Source: Bacteriovoracaceae bacterium (GTDB taxonomy: Bacteria; Bdellovibrionota; Bacteriovoracia; Bacteriovoracales; Bacteriovoracaceae). Taken from it: 15,360 nt of DNA. The stretch spans positions 1-15,360 of the forward strand of contig JBMYPC010000073.1 in NCBI GenBank assembly GCA_049599895.1, read 5' to 3'. Below are positions 1 through 9,018 of the stretch, piece by piece; the first letter of the stretch is position 1, and each line of letters opens with the position of its first letter. The notes under the pieces are model-generated. The model had not been told where the DNA came from and did no database searches. It was given only the letters and a program-made list of their open reading frames with translations. The position numbers and the translations under genes are program-made.

Positions 1-453
1 ATAACAATAGTGGTAGTAGTAGTTAGTGTTTACAATTTAGTTGGAAATAATAATGTAAATATTGGTGGAAATGTTGAAACAAGATTCAGTCGATCAGATG
101 TGAAATATGATCGTGAGTCATGTACTTACACAACTTACGAGCGAGTTTGTAAGCCAGTCTGTAAGCAAAAGTGTCGAACAAAACCAGATGGAACAGAAGT
201 TTGTCGTGAAAAATGCCAGCGTAAATGTGAAAGAGAAGAAGTTACGAAATGGGGTAAACAAGATGTTGAGTATCATTATGAGTATGAAGACAGAGACTAT
301 CTTGTGACTCTTTTTGCTCCAGGTACAAATATGGAGACGGCAAGCTTTAATGGAACTTGGCATGATTCTGATAAAGTTTATGACTATAAAGGATACTGTG
401 AGGGACCTCGTGGTCGCCATCACAGACATCACAATCACTTTGATTGGGACTAA
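1..453 (+). CDS. Hypothetical Cys-rich protein, probably 5'-truncated by the window edge
   Basis: Frame 1 is open from base 1 to TAA at 451-453. Contains CKPVCKQKC...CREKCQRKC and a His-rich tail. A strong hairpin follows. Confidence 0.7.
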   Translation: MTIVVVVVSVYNLVGNNNVNIGGNVETRFSRSDVKYDRESCTYTTYERVCKPVCKQKCRTKPDGTEVCREKCQRKCEREEVTKWGKQDVEYHYEYEDRDYLVTLFAPGTNMETASFNGTWHDSDKVYDYKGYCEGPRGRHHRHHNHFDWD

Positions 454-490
454 TAATTTCAATTAATTAATTAAGAATATACCAATCTTC

Positions 491-523
491 GTGGGACCAA
501 ACTCTTTGGTCCCACCTTATTTT
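491..523 (+). terminator. Rho-independent terminator
   Basis: Perfect 11-bp stem GTGGGACCAAA (491-501) / TTTGGTCCCAC (505-515), followed by CTTATTTT. Confidence 0.75.
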
Positions 524-661
524 CACCTCATAAATTGACAACATCGTCCAAACTTCATAGACCCTTGTAATCTTTACAACATCCATTGGTTTTTAACGCT
601 ATGCGATTTAAAGTTATTAGTGAAATAACCATTTTTAACACGAAGAAAAAAAGAGGGACAC

Positions 662-1108
662 ATGAAAGCATTATTACATTTCATTTTTATCGGACTTCTC
701 GCAGTCAGCTGTGGAAGTGATAACGAAAATAATGATGGATCGGTAGTTAATCCAAACGACAACAACAGCGTTTGTAGAGACGCCTACGGAAACGTTTACA
801 ACTGTAATGGATCAAACCGTTACGGAAGTCGAAACCTTGAGGAATGTGGAAACATCAAATTCTACAGTAACTTCAATATCCGAATTGGATTTGATGGAAT
901 TAGAACTGGAAGCGACGACGTTTTCCTACTCAGCAACTACTATAGCGGTGGAACAATTTTAATTGCTAATAACAACTCGACAAGAAGTAAACTTTCAAGA
1001 ATTGCCAACGAAGGAATTGTTTACGGAAACTACGCTTGTGTAAGTGGTCAGTACCACCAAAACGCAAACGGAGTAAGAGTTCTTAGAGTAAACAGAGTAA
1101 GACAATAA
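662..1108 (+). CDS. Hypothetical lipoprotein
   Basis: Lipoprotein signal MKALLHFIFIGLLAVS-C, an Asn/Asp-rich linker, and an AGAGGGA RBS-like sequence upstream. Confidence 0.8.
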   Translation: MKALLHFIFIGLLAVSCGSDNENNDGSVVNPNDNNSVCRDAYGNVYNCNGSNRYGSRNLEECGNIKFYSNFNIRIGFDGIRTGSDDVFLLSNYYSGGTILIANNNSTRSKLSRIANEGIVYGNYACVSGQYHQNANGVRVLRVNRVRQ

Positions 1109-1130
1109 TCTCTTTTTTCGATAAATAGAT

Positions 1131-1162
1131 AAAAAAGACCCCGGCTGAGTTCGGGGTTTTTT
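1131..1162. terminator. Bidirectional intrinsic terminator between convergent genes
   Basis: AAAAAAGACCCCGG-CTGAG-TTCGGGGTTTTTT: GC-rich stem with A and T tracts on the two sides. Confidence 0.85.
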
Positions 1163-1775
1163 ATTGCTCTTTTCCGAAATCATTCTTAAAACTCTCTGTT
1201 TGCCCTGCTTGAAGAACCATTAGAAATGAAATAAACGATTGAAAAACCTCTTCTCTTGAAACTTTATCGGGCTTAGGAATATGGATAAATCCTGTTCTAA
1301 GACCTTCTTTTTGAAGATGATAATTCAACTGATAGAAAGTGTAATTGCAAATATATGTTCCTGCTGAAAAAGAGATCTCTGTGGGGATCTTAGCATCTTC
1401 TGAAGCTTTGGCCATCGCTCTGATGGGGAGTTTTGTAAAAAGACCATCTTCTCCATCTGAGGCAATTTTCTGTCCTTTGGGTTGAACCCCAACGTTATCA
1501 GGGATTCGTGCATCAATGAGATTTATCGCAACTTGCTCTAGTGAGATTTTATCGCGAACACCGGCAAGCCCATAGGAAAGGATCACATCAGGCTTAAAAG
1601 ACTCGGCTTCGGCTTTTAAGATTTCAAAACAACTCTCAAATTCTACAGGGAGAACAATTCCCTTTACGACTAGACCCTCTTCAAATGTCTTGTTTTGAAT
1701 ATCGTAAATCAGATCTTCCGAAGGATTCGAACTTCCTCCATCAAAAGGCTTAAAACCTGAAACCAGAACTCTCAT
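1161..1775 (-). CDS. pcp: Pyroglutamyl-peptidase I (peptidase C15)
   Basis: Motifs SGFKPF..NPS, SLEQVAIN (Glu), SAGTYICNY (Cys) and GFIHIP (His). AGGAG RBS upstream. Confidence 0.95.
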   Translation of the reverse strand: MRVLVSGFKPFDGGSSNPSEDLIYDIQNKTFEEGLVVKGIVLPVEFESCFEILKAEAESFKPDVILSYGLAGVRDKISLEQVAINLIDARIPDNVGVQPKGQKIASDGEDGLFTKLPIRAMAKASEDAKIPTEISFSAGTYICNYTFYQLNYHLQKEGLRTGFIHIPKPDKVSREEVFQSFISFLMVLQAGQTESFKNDFGKEQ

Positions 1776-1786
1776 TAACTCTCCTT

Positions 1787-1802
1787 TGGCACCCCAGTTG
1801 CA
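1787..1802 (+). promoter_or_regulatory. Sigma54 (RpoN) -24/-12 promoter
   Basis: TGGCACCCCAGTTGCA matches TGGCAC-N5-TTGCW with exact GG-N10-GC spacing, about 35 bp upstream of ATG 1838. Confidence 0.7.
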
Positions 1803-1837
1803 TTATATCTTCATGAAAGAAAAAATTGGGGGAAAAA

Positions 1838-2290
1838 ATGAAGACTTATAGACTGAAAGCTGTATCAATTTTCATCAAACTGTCTATTGTTTTGACAGTT
1901 TTAAGTTTCAAATCGGCTTTTGCCTGTGTGGTTGATCCTTTTAATCCAAGCGAGAGCTGTTCAGGACCAACGGTTATTAGCACTACAGGTAATACTGCTC
2001 AAACTCTCGCGGCCAATGCCATAACTGTAACAAGTGCACTTATAACAGATGGCTTTTTTCCAAGTGAAGGTATGGGGACAGGCTTTCAACTTGTGTCCTC
2101 TTTAAAATCAAACCTTGGTCAGCTCAATGGTATTTCTTATAACGATTGGGCCCAAAATGGATCTTTAGGAAGCTATTATAATAACAATATGTACACCATG
2201 AGCCGAAGTATGTTTGCACCTCAGCCAGTGATCATGCCTCAACCTGGATACTATCGTGCTCCAGCTTCAAGTATGGCAATTGGTTATTAA
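1838..2290 (+). CDS. Hypothetical secreted protein
   Basis: ATG 1838 follows GGGGGA. Signal peptide ends in SAFA. Gly/Ser/Asn/Met/Pro-rich, with RAPAS near the C-terminus. Confidence 0.7.
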   Translation: MKTYRLKAVSIFIKLSIVLTVLSFKSAFACVVDPFNPSESCSGPTVISTTGNTAQTLAANAITVTSALITDGFFPSEGMGTGFQLVSSLKSNLGQLNGISYNDWAQNGSLGSYYNNNMYTMSRSMFAPQPVIMPQPGYYRAPASSMAIGY

Positions 2291-2895
2291 TTAAAATGAT
2301 TTTTTAATGTGCAGGCGATTGAGGTCTTTTCCATTCTGATGTCAGACCACTTTCTTTCGTTGTAATAAACGAATTGTGGGACTCGCCCTATTTCTTGATA
2401 GCCCATGTGCTGATAAAAATCTCGCGCTCTTTTATTAAACTCAAAAACTCCAAGTTCAATTTTCTTAGCCCCATTTTCAAAACACTTAGTCTCTAAAAAG
2501 TTTAAGGCCTCTTTGCCAACACCTTTTCCCCAATAAGACTTATCCCCAATAGTGATGCTAATCCAAGCTGTCTTTTCAGCTGAGTCATTAAGAAGTAATG
2601 GGAAATTGAACCTATAACTCATTTCTCCGATGGGTTTTTCACCATCAAGAATGAGAAAACCTGTTTCAGATTTTTCCGCACTTTCGATTCGACTTTTAAG
2701 TGATTCTTTAGTCCACGTCACATACTCTGAGCTTTCTTGTCGAAGTGGAAAAATGAGTTTCCTGATCTCTGGATCATTTTCCCATGTCACCATTTCTTCA
2801 ATACAGCTAGCTGCAATCTCTGTGAGTGGTTGAAATTTTAAATTTGATACTCGACGTTTTGACTTTAGAACTTCTCTATAATGTTCCACATGCAA
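2287..2895 (-). CDS. GNAT N-acetyltransferase (RimJ/RimL-like); start uncertain
   Basis: Acetyl-CoA motif IGDKSYWGKGVGKEAL, and LGVFEFNKRARDFYQHMGY. Confidence 0.9.
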   Translation of the reverse strand: MHVEHYREVLKSKRRVSNLKFQPLTEIAASCIEEMVTWENDPEIRKLIFPLRQESSEYVTWTKESLKSRIESAEKSETGFLILDGEKPIGEMSYRFNFPLLLNDSAEKTAWISITIGDKSYWGKGVGKEALNFLETKCFENGAKKIELGVFEFNKRARDFYQHMGYQEIGRVPQFVYYNERKWSDIRMEKTSIACTLKNHFN

Positions 2896-2965
2896 TCCCT
2901 TCCTAAGACCGATAGAAATATTATGCCTCGGAACTTCTGATCATGCAAAATGAAAGAAAAAAACT

Positions 2966-3244
2966 CTAGAAGCCAAAGCCACCAGATGAACCACCACCGA
3001 AAGCGACATTTCTTTCTTCAACATTTCCTTTGCCTTCTCTCAGTCGATTGGCATAGCGAACATTCCTCTTTAAGAATTCTTTTTCACCAAGGAGAAAGAG
3101 TTCTATGTCATGAATATAACAAAGAGATATATGAACAAGATGGTGTCTAAAAACTCTATAAAGCTTTCGATGATAAAGCTGAGGTCTTTTGGGACCATTT
3201 CGATGACGATAATCGTCACCCATTGATTTGCAAATGTCACACAT
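2966..3244 (-). CDS. Small hypothetical protein with CxxC and CxxH motifs (putative metal binding)
   Basis: ATG 3244 preceded by AGGAGA. Sequence MCDIC...LCYIH, 92 aa, Gly-rich tail. Confidence 0.7.
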   Translation of the reverse strand: MCDICKSMGDDYRHRNGPKRPQLYHRKLYRVFRHHLVHISLCYIHDIELFLLGEKEFLKRNVRYANRLREGKGNVEERNVAFGGGSSGGFGF

Positions 3245-3272
3245 GAGACTTCTCCTACTAAACCTACTATTC

Positions 3273-3300
3273 CTATCGGCAGTATGAGTTTTCAACTTCA
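3273..3300 (-). promoter_or_regulatory. Possible sigma28 (FliA) promoter
   Basis: Minus strand reads TGAAG-N15-GCCGATAG. The -10 is close to GCCGATAA, while the -35 and spacing are imperfect. Confidence 0.4.
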
Positions 3301-3425
3301 AATTTTATGACTGAGGATTTCACTCCAAATTATCTTTATTATAGAGAAAACGAGGAATATCTAAGAATTTGCAAGCATTTATCCCTGGTTGCTGTAAACT
3401 AGAGAGAATAAAAATTAGCGTATTT

Positions 3426-4346
3426 ATGACAGAAATAAAAAAACCGACTCAAATACAATACTATCTGGCCCTCTTTTATTGCCTCGTTGTTGGGGTGATC
3501 TTTGCCTATCATTATTTTGCGGCAAAGGAGGTCATGCAAAGTATTGGACCTCTTCCCCTATCAGCTGTGCGTGGGATTGTTGGTGGTCTTTTTCTTTTTG
3601 CGCTTTTTCATAAAAAAATAAAATATTTTACTTTCGATCTTTTTAAAAAAGTTGTGGTAGTTGCGATTCTTGGCTTCTTCATTAACCAAATCTTTTTCAT
3701 GGTGGGACTCACTAAAACTCAGCCCTTAAATGCCGCCATCATTAACAATACGATCCCTATTTTCACAAGTCTTATGGCAATTATTTTTGGCCTCGAGGCC
3801 TTCCGCTATCGAAAGATTATTGGAATTTTTCTTGGTTTTGCTCTTGTGATTCTTCTTGCGATTCTAGGCTCCAGCTCAGGTTTTACAGGAATTAATACGG
3901 GAGATCTCTATATCTTCTTTAACGTTATTTCCCTTTCAATCTCATTTGTTTATGTGAAAAAAATTATCAATGACAAAACACCACATGAAATGATCAGTGC
4001 CGGAATGATTTTTTTAGGTGGGATAATGCTAAGTCTCATTTGTTTTAAAGAAATTCCAGCAGTTTTTGAATATACCTTTCAGAGCAATTGGACCCTTTGG
4101 CTTATGTTCTTCGAAGTCATCCTTTCAACCGCTGTAGTTTATTGGCTTAATTTTAAGGCCCTGCAAACCCTTGATTCATCAGTGATGACTATCTTTATTT
4201 ATTTGCAACCTATTCTTGCAGCGAGCTTTGAGTATTTTCTTTTTGGCTCAACTCCAAAGCCTATCAACTACATTATTTTTCTTGGGATTATTGTTTCAGG
4301 TTATTTGGTTGTAAAAAAAGACAAAGTCAAAGACGAGAACAACTAA
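3426..4346 (+). CDS. DMT/EamA family transporter
   Basis: About 10 hydrophobic segments in two repeats, with NAAIINNTIPIFT and IYLQPILAA..EYFLFG. ATG 3426 is preferred over TTG 3369. Confidence 0.9.
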   Translation: MTEIKKPTQIQYYLALFYCLVVGVIFAYHYFAAKEVMQSIGPLPLSAVRGIVGGLFLFALFHKKIKYFTFDLFKKVVVVAILGFFINQIFFMVGLTKTQPLNAAIINNTIPIFTSLMAIIFGLEAFRYRKIIGIFLGFALVILLAILGSSSGFTGINTGDLYIFFNVISLSISFVYVKKIINDKTPHEMISAGMIFLGGIMLSLICFKEIPAVFEYTFQSNWTLWLMFFEVILSTAVVYWLNFKALQTLDSSVMTIFIYLQPILAASFEYFLFGSTPKPINYIIFLGIIVSGYLVVKKDKVKDENN

Positions 4347-5578
4347 TCTCTTGGTAACGCTTTTCCAAGGACATCTTGATTCTCAACGTAGATGACCTTT
4401 TCAGTATCATCCATGATGACTCCAAACTTAATATCGATGTTTTCATTATCAAAAGAAGCAACATTTCTGGAAAGGGCAACATTTGTGATCTTTCCGTAAT
4501 AGACTTTATTGTCTTTTATAAAGACAAGTTTCTCTCCTTTTCTAAGAGAATACTCACATCGCATACAGTTGTATCTCTTATCAACAAGGATCATATCGTT
4601 CTTTAAAATATTTAATTTTGATGAACTATTAAAAACTTGATAATACCCGAACTGATTAACGTCAAACATTAAGACACTATAAAAACAAATAAAGACAAAG
4701 AAGATCTTTATCGGAAGAGAATGACGATAAACTTTTTCTTCATATTCTTTATCGCGTTTTTTATTGTCGTTGTCTTCATCAAGTTGCTGCGTTAGAGACT
4801 TATAAAAGATTCCCTCTGTTATAAAGAAATGAACAATTCCGCAAACAATAAGAATTGAAAATTGAATATTAAGAAGATTCCAAAAATAATCTCCCATGAA
4901 GTTTATTTTGACTTTATAAAGCTGTTTCCAAAAAGTAAGAAAGCTTGCGATAAAAGGAACGAGAATATAAGTCACTAAAAGTTTCATTCTCTCAGTGCCA
5001 AAACATGATTCGTAAACACGTGAAAGCCTGTGATCTGCACAAATAACAGAATATCTTAGCGGTGTATAAGTTTTATCTTCTCCTTCCCAATATCCCCACC
5101 TATGAAGCTCTTCAAGAAGTTTCTCTGCTCGATGGAGAAAACCCGAGAAATAATATGAACGCTCTTTTGTTTTAACGGTAAACATTCCTAGAAAAGGAAT
5201 GAATCCCTGTTCAACTCCTGTCACCTCACCAAATTCGACTTTAATTGCATCTTCTTCGTTCTTATCGACAATCAAAAAATAGTTTGGGTAAATATAGATC
5301 TTCTTTTCAAAAAGCTTCTTAAAAAACTTCTTACTCCAAAACCTTAGTCCTAAAAAACCAAACAAAGAAAATGAGCTCAAAACAATGTAAGCTGAAAATT
5401 GATTCCCAGTCATTTCTGATTTGAGAAGAAGTGGAATGATGAGAAATAGAATCGTAATGAAAAGAAGGCCTTTCTCAATCATCTCTGAAACAAAACATAA
5501 AAGCTTTCCATGCCGAGCATAGTTCAAAGTTCGAACTGGCATTTTCTGAAGAACAATGTTGGTTTCAGGTATTTTCAT
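4343..5578 (-). CDS. Multi-pass membrane protein with a possible degenerate S26-like C-terminal domain
   Basis: Long ORF with about 5 hydrophobic segments. The C-terminus NDMILVDKRY...LRKGEKLVF...VLGKA recalls signal peptidase I boxes. Start 5578 (ATG) or 5590. Confidence 0.7.
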   Translation of the reverse strand: MKIPETNIVLQKMPVRTLNYARHGKLLCFVSEMIEKGLLFITILFLIIPLLLKSEMTGNQFSAYIVLSSFSLFGFLGLRFWSKKFFKKLFEKKIYIYPNYFLIVDKNEEDAIKVEFGEVTGVEQGFIPFLGMFTVKTKERSYYFSGFLHRAEKLLEELHRWGYWEGEDKTYTPLRYSVICADHRLSRVYESCFGTERMKLLVTYILVPFIASFLTFWKQLYKVKINFMGDYFWNLLNIQFSILIVCGIVHFFITEGIFYKSLTQQLDEDNDNKKRDKEYEEKVYRHSLPIKIFFVFICFYSVLMFDVNQFGYYQVFNSSSKLNILKNDMILVDKRYNCMRCEYSLRKGEKLVFIKDNKVYYGKITNVALSRNVASFDNENIDIKFGVIMDDTEKVIYVENQDVLGKALPRD

Positions 5579-5646
5579 AGTTTTATCCAAATAACATTTC
5601 GGATAAAAACTTAAGATTTCATAAAGTTAGAGTCTGTTACTGATGA

Positions 5647-7092
5647 TCAGGAAAGTTTTGCCATTACCGCTTTTAATAGTCTCCAGAATTGCTCAACTGA
5701 GTTGATATCAACACATTCATCAGGAGAATGGGCATTTCGAATATCGGGACCAAAAGAAATCGCCGGAAGCCCTTGTTTTTTAGCAATCAAGACTCCACAT
5801 TCAAGCCCTGCATGCATGGCCAAAACCGTTGGGACCTCTTGAAAGGTTTCTCGAAAAACATCATTGCATAAAGAAATTAATGGATTGTTTATATCAGGTT
5901 TCCAGCCAGGATAGCCTGTATCGATTGAAAGTTCAAAACCACCAAGCTCCGAAAGTGCCTTTAATTTAGACTCAATGACATCGGCTTGGAGGTTATCATT
6001 AAAGCGAAAAGAGTTGAGGATAAACACTTCCCCATCTTTTAAAATAAACTTTGCAAGATTTGCGGAGAGACTTGTTAAAGGTAGCTCAAAGTCTGATTCA
6101 AAACCAAACACTCCTGATGGAAAAAGAGTGACAAAGTTTATTAATTCTTTTGAAGATTCCTCGCTAAGAAATTTTCTTTTTTCTGTTTCGCATTTCTCAA
6201 GATTGACTTCGTAAGAAAGATCATCTTTGTTCATCGTTTGATGAAAGAGTTCGATTCGAGACGATATCAGATCAATAGTTTTCTCTTCATCCCCTGATAT
6301 CGTAAAGAAAACTTCACCATCTCGAGGGATGATATTGTGGGCCTTTCCAATTTGCGCCTCACTTAATAAGACCTCTGTGTTTTTAAGAAGCCCCAATAAA
6401 TACAAAATTGCATTTTGCCTACCAAGGTGAATATCAACTCCGGAATGCCCACCTTTAAAGTTTTTAACTTCAAGCTTGTAATAGGATCTTTCAAGTTCTT
6501 CAGCATCAAGCATTTTAAAAACTTCAGCGCACTTTCCTCCAGCACAACCAATAAAAAACTGTCCAAAGTCTTCACCATCTAAGTTAAAAAGAAACTCTCC
6601 TTCGAGAAGTTTAGGATCAAGGTCCAAAGCTCCAAAAAGGCCTGTTTCTTCTTCAACAGTAAAAAGAAGATTCAGTGGAGGGCACTTTGCTTTTGAATCA
6701 ATTAACGCTAAAGCAGCCGCGCAACCAATGCCATTATCCGCCCCCAAAGTCGTGCCATCGGCCCTTAGCCAGTTATCATCGCGATAAATTGGAATCTCTT
6801 GAGTTTTAAAATCAAACTCAAGGCCAGGTCTTGCGTCACAGACCATATCAACATGGTTTTGAATGATGACTCGAGGAGTTTTGGGATCGACTCCAGCCGG
6901 ATCATAATGAATGGAAAGGTTTCCCTTTTCATCTTGAAAGAAATTGAGCTTTCGCTCTTTGGCGAAGTTTACAAGATAATCCAAAATGAGCTCTTCATAA
7001 CCTGAAGGCCTCGGGGTTTTAGTAAAATCAATAAACTTGTCCCAAAGGATAGCGGAATCAAGTCCTGCAAAAGAATCTTTTGAAATTTCCAT
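5647..7092 (-). CDS. pepD: Aminoacyl-histidine dipeptidase (peptidase M20C)
   Basis: Motifs PRPSG, QNHVDMV, TTLGADNGIG, EETGL, GGHSG, HAGLECG and HSPDE. Confidence 0.95.
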   Translation of the reverse strand: MEISKDSFAGLDSAILWDKFIDFTKTPRPSGYEELILDYLVNFAKERKLNFFQDEKGNLSIHYDPAGVDPKTPRVIIQNHVDMVCDARPGLEFDFKTQEIPIYRDDNWLRADGTTLGADNGIGCAAALALIDSKAKCPPLNLLFTVEEETGLFGALDLDPKLLEGEFLFNLDGEDFGQFFIGCAGGKCAEVFKMLDAEELERSYYKLEVKNFKGGHSGVDIHLGRQNAILYLLGLLKNTEVLLSEAQIGKAHNIIPRDGEVFFTISGDEEKTIDLISSRIELFHQTMNKDDLSYEVNLEKCETEKRKFLSEESSKELINFVTLFPSGVFGFESDFELPLTSLSANLAKFILKDGEVFILNSFRFNDNLQADVIESKLKALSELGGFELSIDTGYPGWKPDINNPLISLCNDVFRETFQEVPTVLAMHAGLECGVLIAKKQGLPAISFGPDIRNAHSPDECVDINSVEQFWRLLKAVMAKLS

Positions 7093-7208
7093 AAGTTAGC
7101 GTATATTCAAAAAAAAATGAAATCAAGTATCAAGGCCTAAAACTTGATAGACTCAGTAATATTTACTAATTTAGAGTCATAACAATCTCTAATTTAAGGT
7201 TTAAAAAA

Positions 7209-7481
7209 ATGCACCCAAGGCTCATTTTCATTCTCATGGTTCTCATTATCGCGGGATTAGTTCTTCTTCAAAGATCAACGGCAAAGAAGACCAAAGCCCT
7301 GATGGAAAAAGAAAGAAAGTATTACGATCTTTTAAGTCAATTTAAGCAATCTCCTACAGATGAGATCCCTGAAGAGCTTAAGAGTGCTGCCATTCATTAC
7401 GGCAAAGAAAAAGGTCTTAACGATACTGAAGCTCTTCGCAATCTTGATAATGACCTTAGTATTATGAGCAACCCTCAATAG
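7209..7481 (+). CDS. Small hypothetical protein with N-terminal membrane anchor
   Basis: N-terminal hydrophobic helix followed by a charged region. AAGG upstream. Divergent from pepD. Confidence 0.7.
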   Translation: MHPRLIFILMVLIIAGLVLLQRSTAKKTKALMEKERKYYDLLSQFKQSPTDEIPEELKSAAIHYGKEKGLNDTEALRNLDNDLSIMSNPQ

Positions 7482-7501
7482 ATTTAAAAAAGTATGTATT
7501 A

Positions 7502-7891
7502 ATGGAAGATGAAAGACTCACAAGCCTAAAAGATAGCCTTAAAGTTTTAAAAAAAGAAAACTTCTCCGAGCATGTGGAGCAAGAAGCGACAATACTTCTT
7601 TCTCATGAAATTGATCTTTTAAGTTTTGCCGTGAATTGCATTGATGATAATTTTCTAGAGATCAAGCAGCAATCTGAACAAAAACAAGTCCTTCATTTTA
7701 ACAAAGACCTTTTTAATGAAGCTTCAGATGAAATGTTGTTCTCCACGCTTCTTATTCAACCTTATCTTATAATCCAAGACAAAGTGAAACGAGATCTTTA
7801 CCTCAAAGAGCAGGACTCTTCTCAAGATTCGGAATCGGAAGAAGTCTCATCTCAAGAAGGTGAGAGCACTCCAGATGAGGAAAACTCCTAG
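7502..7891 (+). CDS. Hypothetical protein with acidic low-complexity tail
   Basis: 129-aa ORF 20 bp after the previous gene, filling the gap to the convergent gene. Confidence 0.65.
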   Translation: MEDERLTSLKDSLKVLKKENFSEHVEQEATILLSHEIDLLSFAVNCIDDNFLEIKQQSEQKQVLHFNKDLFNEASDEMLFSTLLIQPYLIIQDKVKRDLYLKEQDSSQDSESEEVSSQEGESTPDEENS

Positions 7892-8427
7892 GTTTTTTTA
7901 ACAGAAGAGAAAACCGATTCATCCAAAAACTGGTTTTTATAATCAACATAACTCTTATAATGATTTGAATACTGATGAATTTCTTCTTCAGTCAGCTCTC
8001 GAATCACTTTTGCAGGGTTTCCTCTGATAAGAACATGGGATGGATATTTTTTTCTTGGAGGAACTAAACTTCCAGCAGCAACAAGAGAGTTTTCACCAAT
8101 TTCACAACCATCAAGTAAACAGGAATTCATCCCAATTAAACTTCCCTTTCCTACTGTGCAAGCATGAAGTGTTACACTATGGCCAACACTTACATTTAAA
8201 CCAATAATAAGAGGCATCTCTTCAATCACATGAAGCATACAAAGGTCTTGAATGTTGGTGTTCTTGCCAATTTTAATTTGGCTGACATCTCCTCTGACAA
8301 CAGAGTTAAACCAGATAGAGACATTGTCTTCGAGCTCAACATCTCCAATGAGCTTTACACCATCAGCGAGATAGACACCTTCTCCTATTGATGGAATAGC
8401 GTCTTTAAATCGATAAATTTTACCCAT
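7888..8427 (-). CDS. Gamma-carbonic anhydrase family / hexapeptide repeat protein (YrdA-like)
   Basis: IGDVEL..VSIWFNSVVRGD, NIQDLCMLH and VGHSVTLH give three His ligands. GNPAKVIREL also present. ATG 8427 is preferred over TTG 8451. Confidence 0.92.
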   Translation of the reverse strand: MGKIYRFKDAIPSIGEGVYLADGVKLIGDVELEDNVSIWFNSVVRGDVSQIKIGKNTNIQDLCMLHVIEEMPLIIGLNVSVGHSVTLHACTVGKGSLIGMNSCLLDGCEIGENSLVAAGSLVPPRKKYPSHVLIRGNPAKVIRELTEEEIHQYSNHYKSYVDYKNQFLDESVFSSVKKT

Positions 8428-8444
8428 TGGAAATGGCCCTGGTT

Positions 8445-8930
8445 TTACCAAGGAAGTTTAGAGATATATGTCGAAACGTTTTGAATATCTTCATCCGATA
8501 GCTTTTTAACAAACGGATACATTTTTTTATTCACTCTTACCTGATCACGAATTTGGGTAATGGACTGAACCAGATACCATTGAAGTTGACCACCAACCTT
8601 TGGTGCCTTTTGACCAACTTTCCCCTCACCTTTTTTACCGTGACAAGAAATACACTTTCCATAAATTTTATGACCAGCTTCAAGCTCTGGAGTATCGAGA
8701 ACAACGAGGACTTCTTCAACAACCTCTTCCTCAACTGCAACTTTTGGAGCTAGCATTTCAGCTCTTTTCTTTTCAAGTTCGCTTAGTGTTGCAACTCGAG
8801 CTTCATGAGATTTTTTAAGCTCTTCATAGTTAAAACGCTCATTGCTTACAGGCAATTCTTTGTAACTTGATAAACCAAGAACAACGAAAAAAAGAATACA
8901 AGATACTGAGAAGACTACCAACCGAGTCAT
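8445..8930 (-). CDS. Membrane-anchored monoheme cytochrome c (c553/c4-like)
   Basis: N-terminal hydrophobic segment, CISCHG heme motif, APKVGGQ..YL, likely Met ligand in KKMYPF, LSDEDI. AGGAG RBS upstream. Confidence 0.9.
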   Translation of the reverse strand: MTRLVVFSVSCILFFVVLGLSSYKELPVSNERFNYEELKKSHEARVATLSELEKKRAEMLAPKVAVEEEVVEEVLVVLDTPELEAGHKIYGKCISCHGKKGEGKVGQKAPKVGGQLQWYLVQSITQIRDQVRVNKKMYPFVKKLSDEDIQNVSTYISKLPW

Positions 8931-9018
8931 TTCGGCTTCTCCTTAACATAAGTCATAAAAATTACACGGATTTCAGTATAGTATTGGATGGGAGCAAAGT
9001 AAATTCAAACTTGCACTT

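Noticed and set aside
535..563. TTGACA -35 box upstream of the lipoprotein gene
   Set aside because: The -10 at 17-bp spacing (TAGACC) is weak, so it is not enough to call a promoter.
107..765. Short ORFs 107-307 (+), 118-462 (-) and 574-765 (-)
   Set aside because: They overlap better-supported genes in other frames or on the other strand and show no family motifs.
2950..3150. 66-aa His-containing ORF on the plus strand
   Set aside because: Antisense to the CxxC/CxxH gene, which has a clear RBS. An upstream CCGATAG at about 2909 lacks a convincing -35.
7109..7117. A9 run upstream of pepD as a phase-variation tract
   Set aside because: Short A runs are common in this AT-rich sequence, and nothing indicates length variation.
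8537..8818. Three short ORFs inside the cytochrome c gene
   Set aside because: Alternative-frame or antisense shadows of a gene with a clear CxxCH motif.
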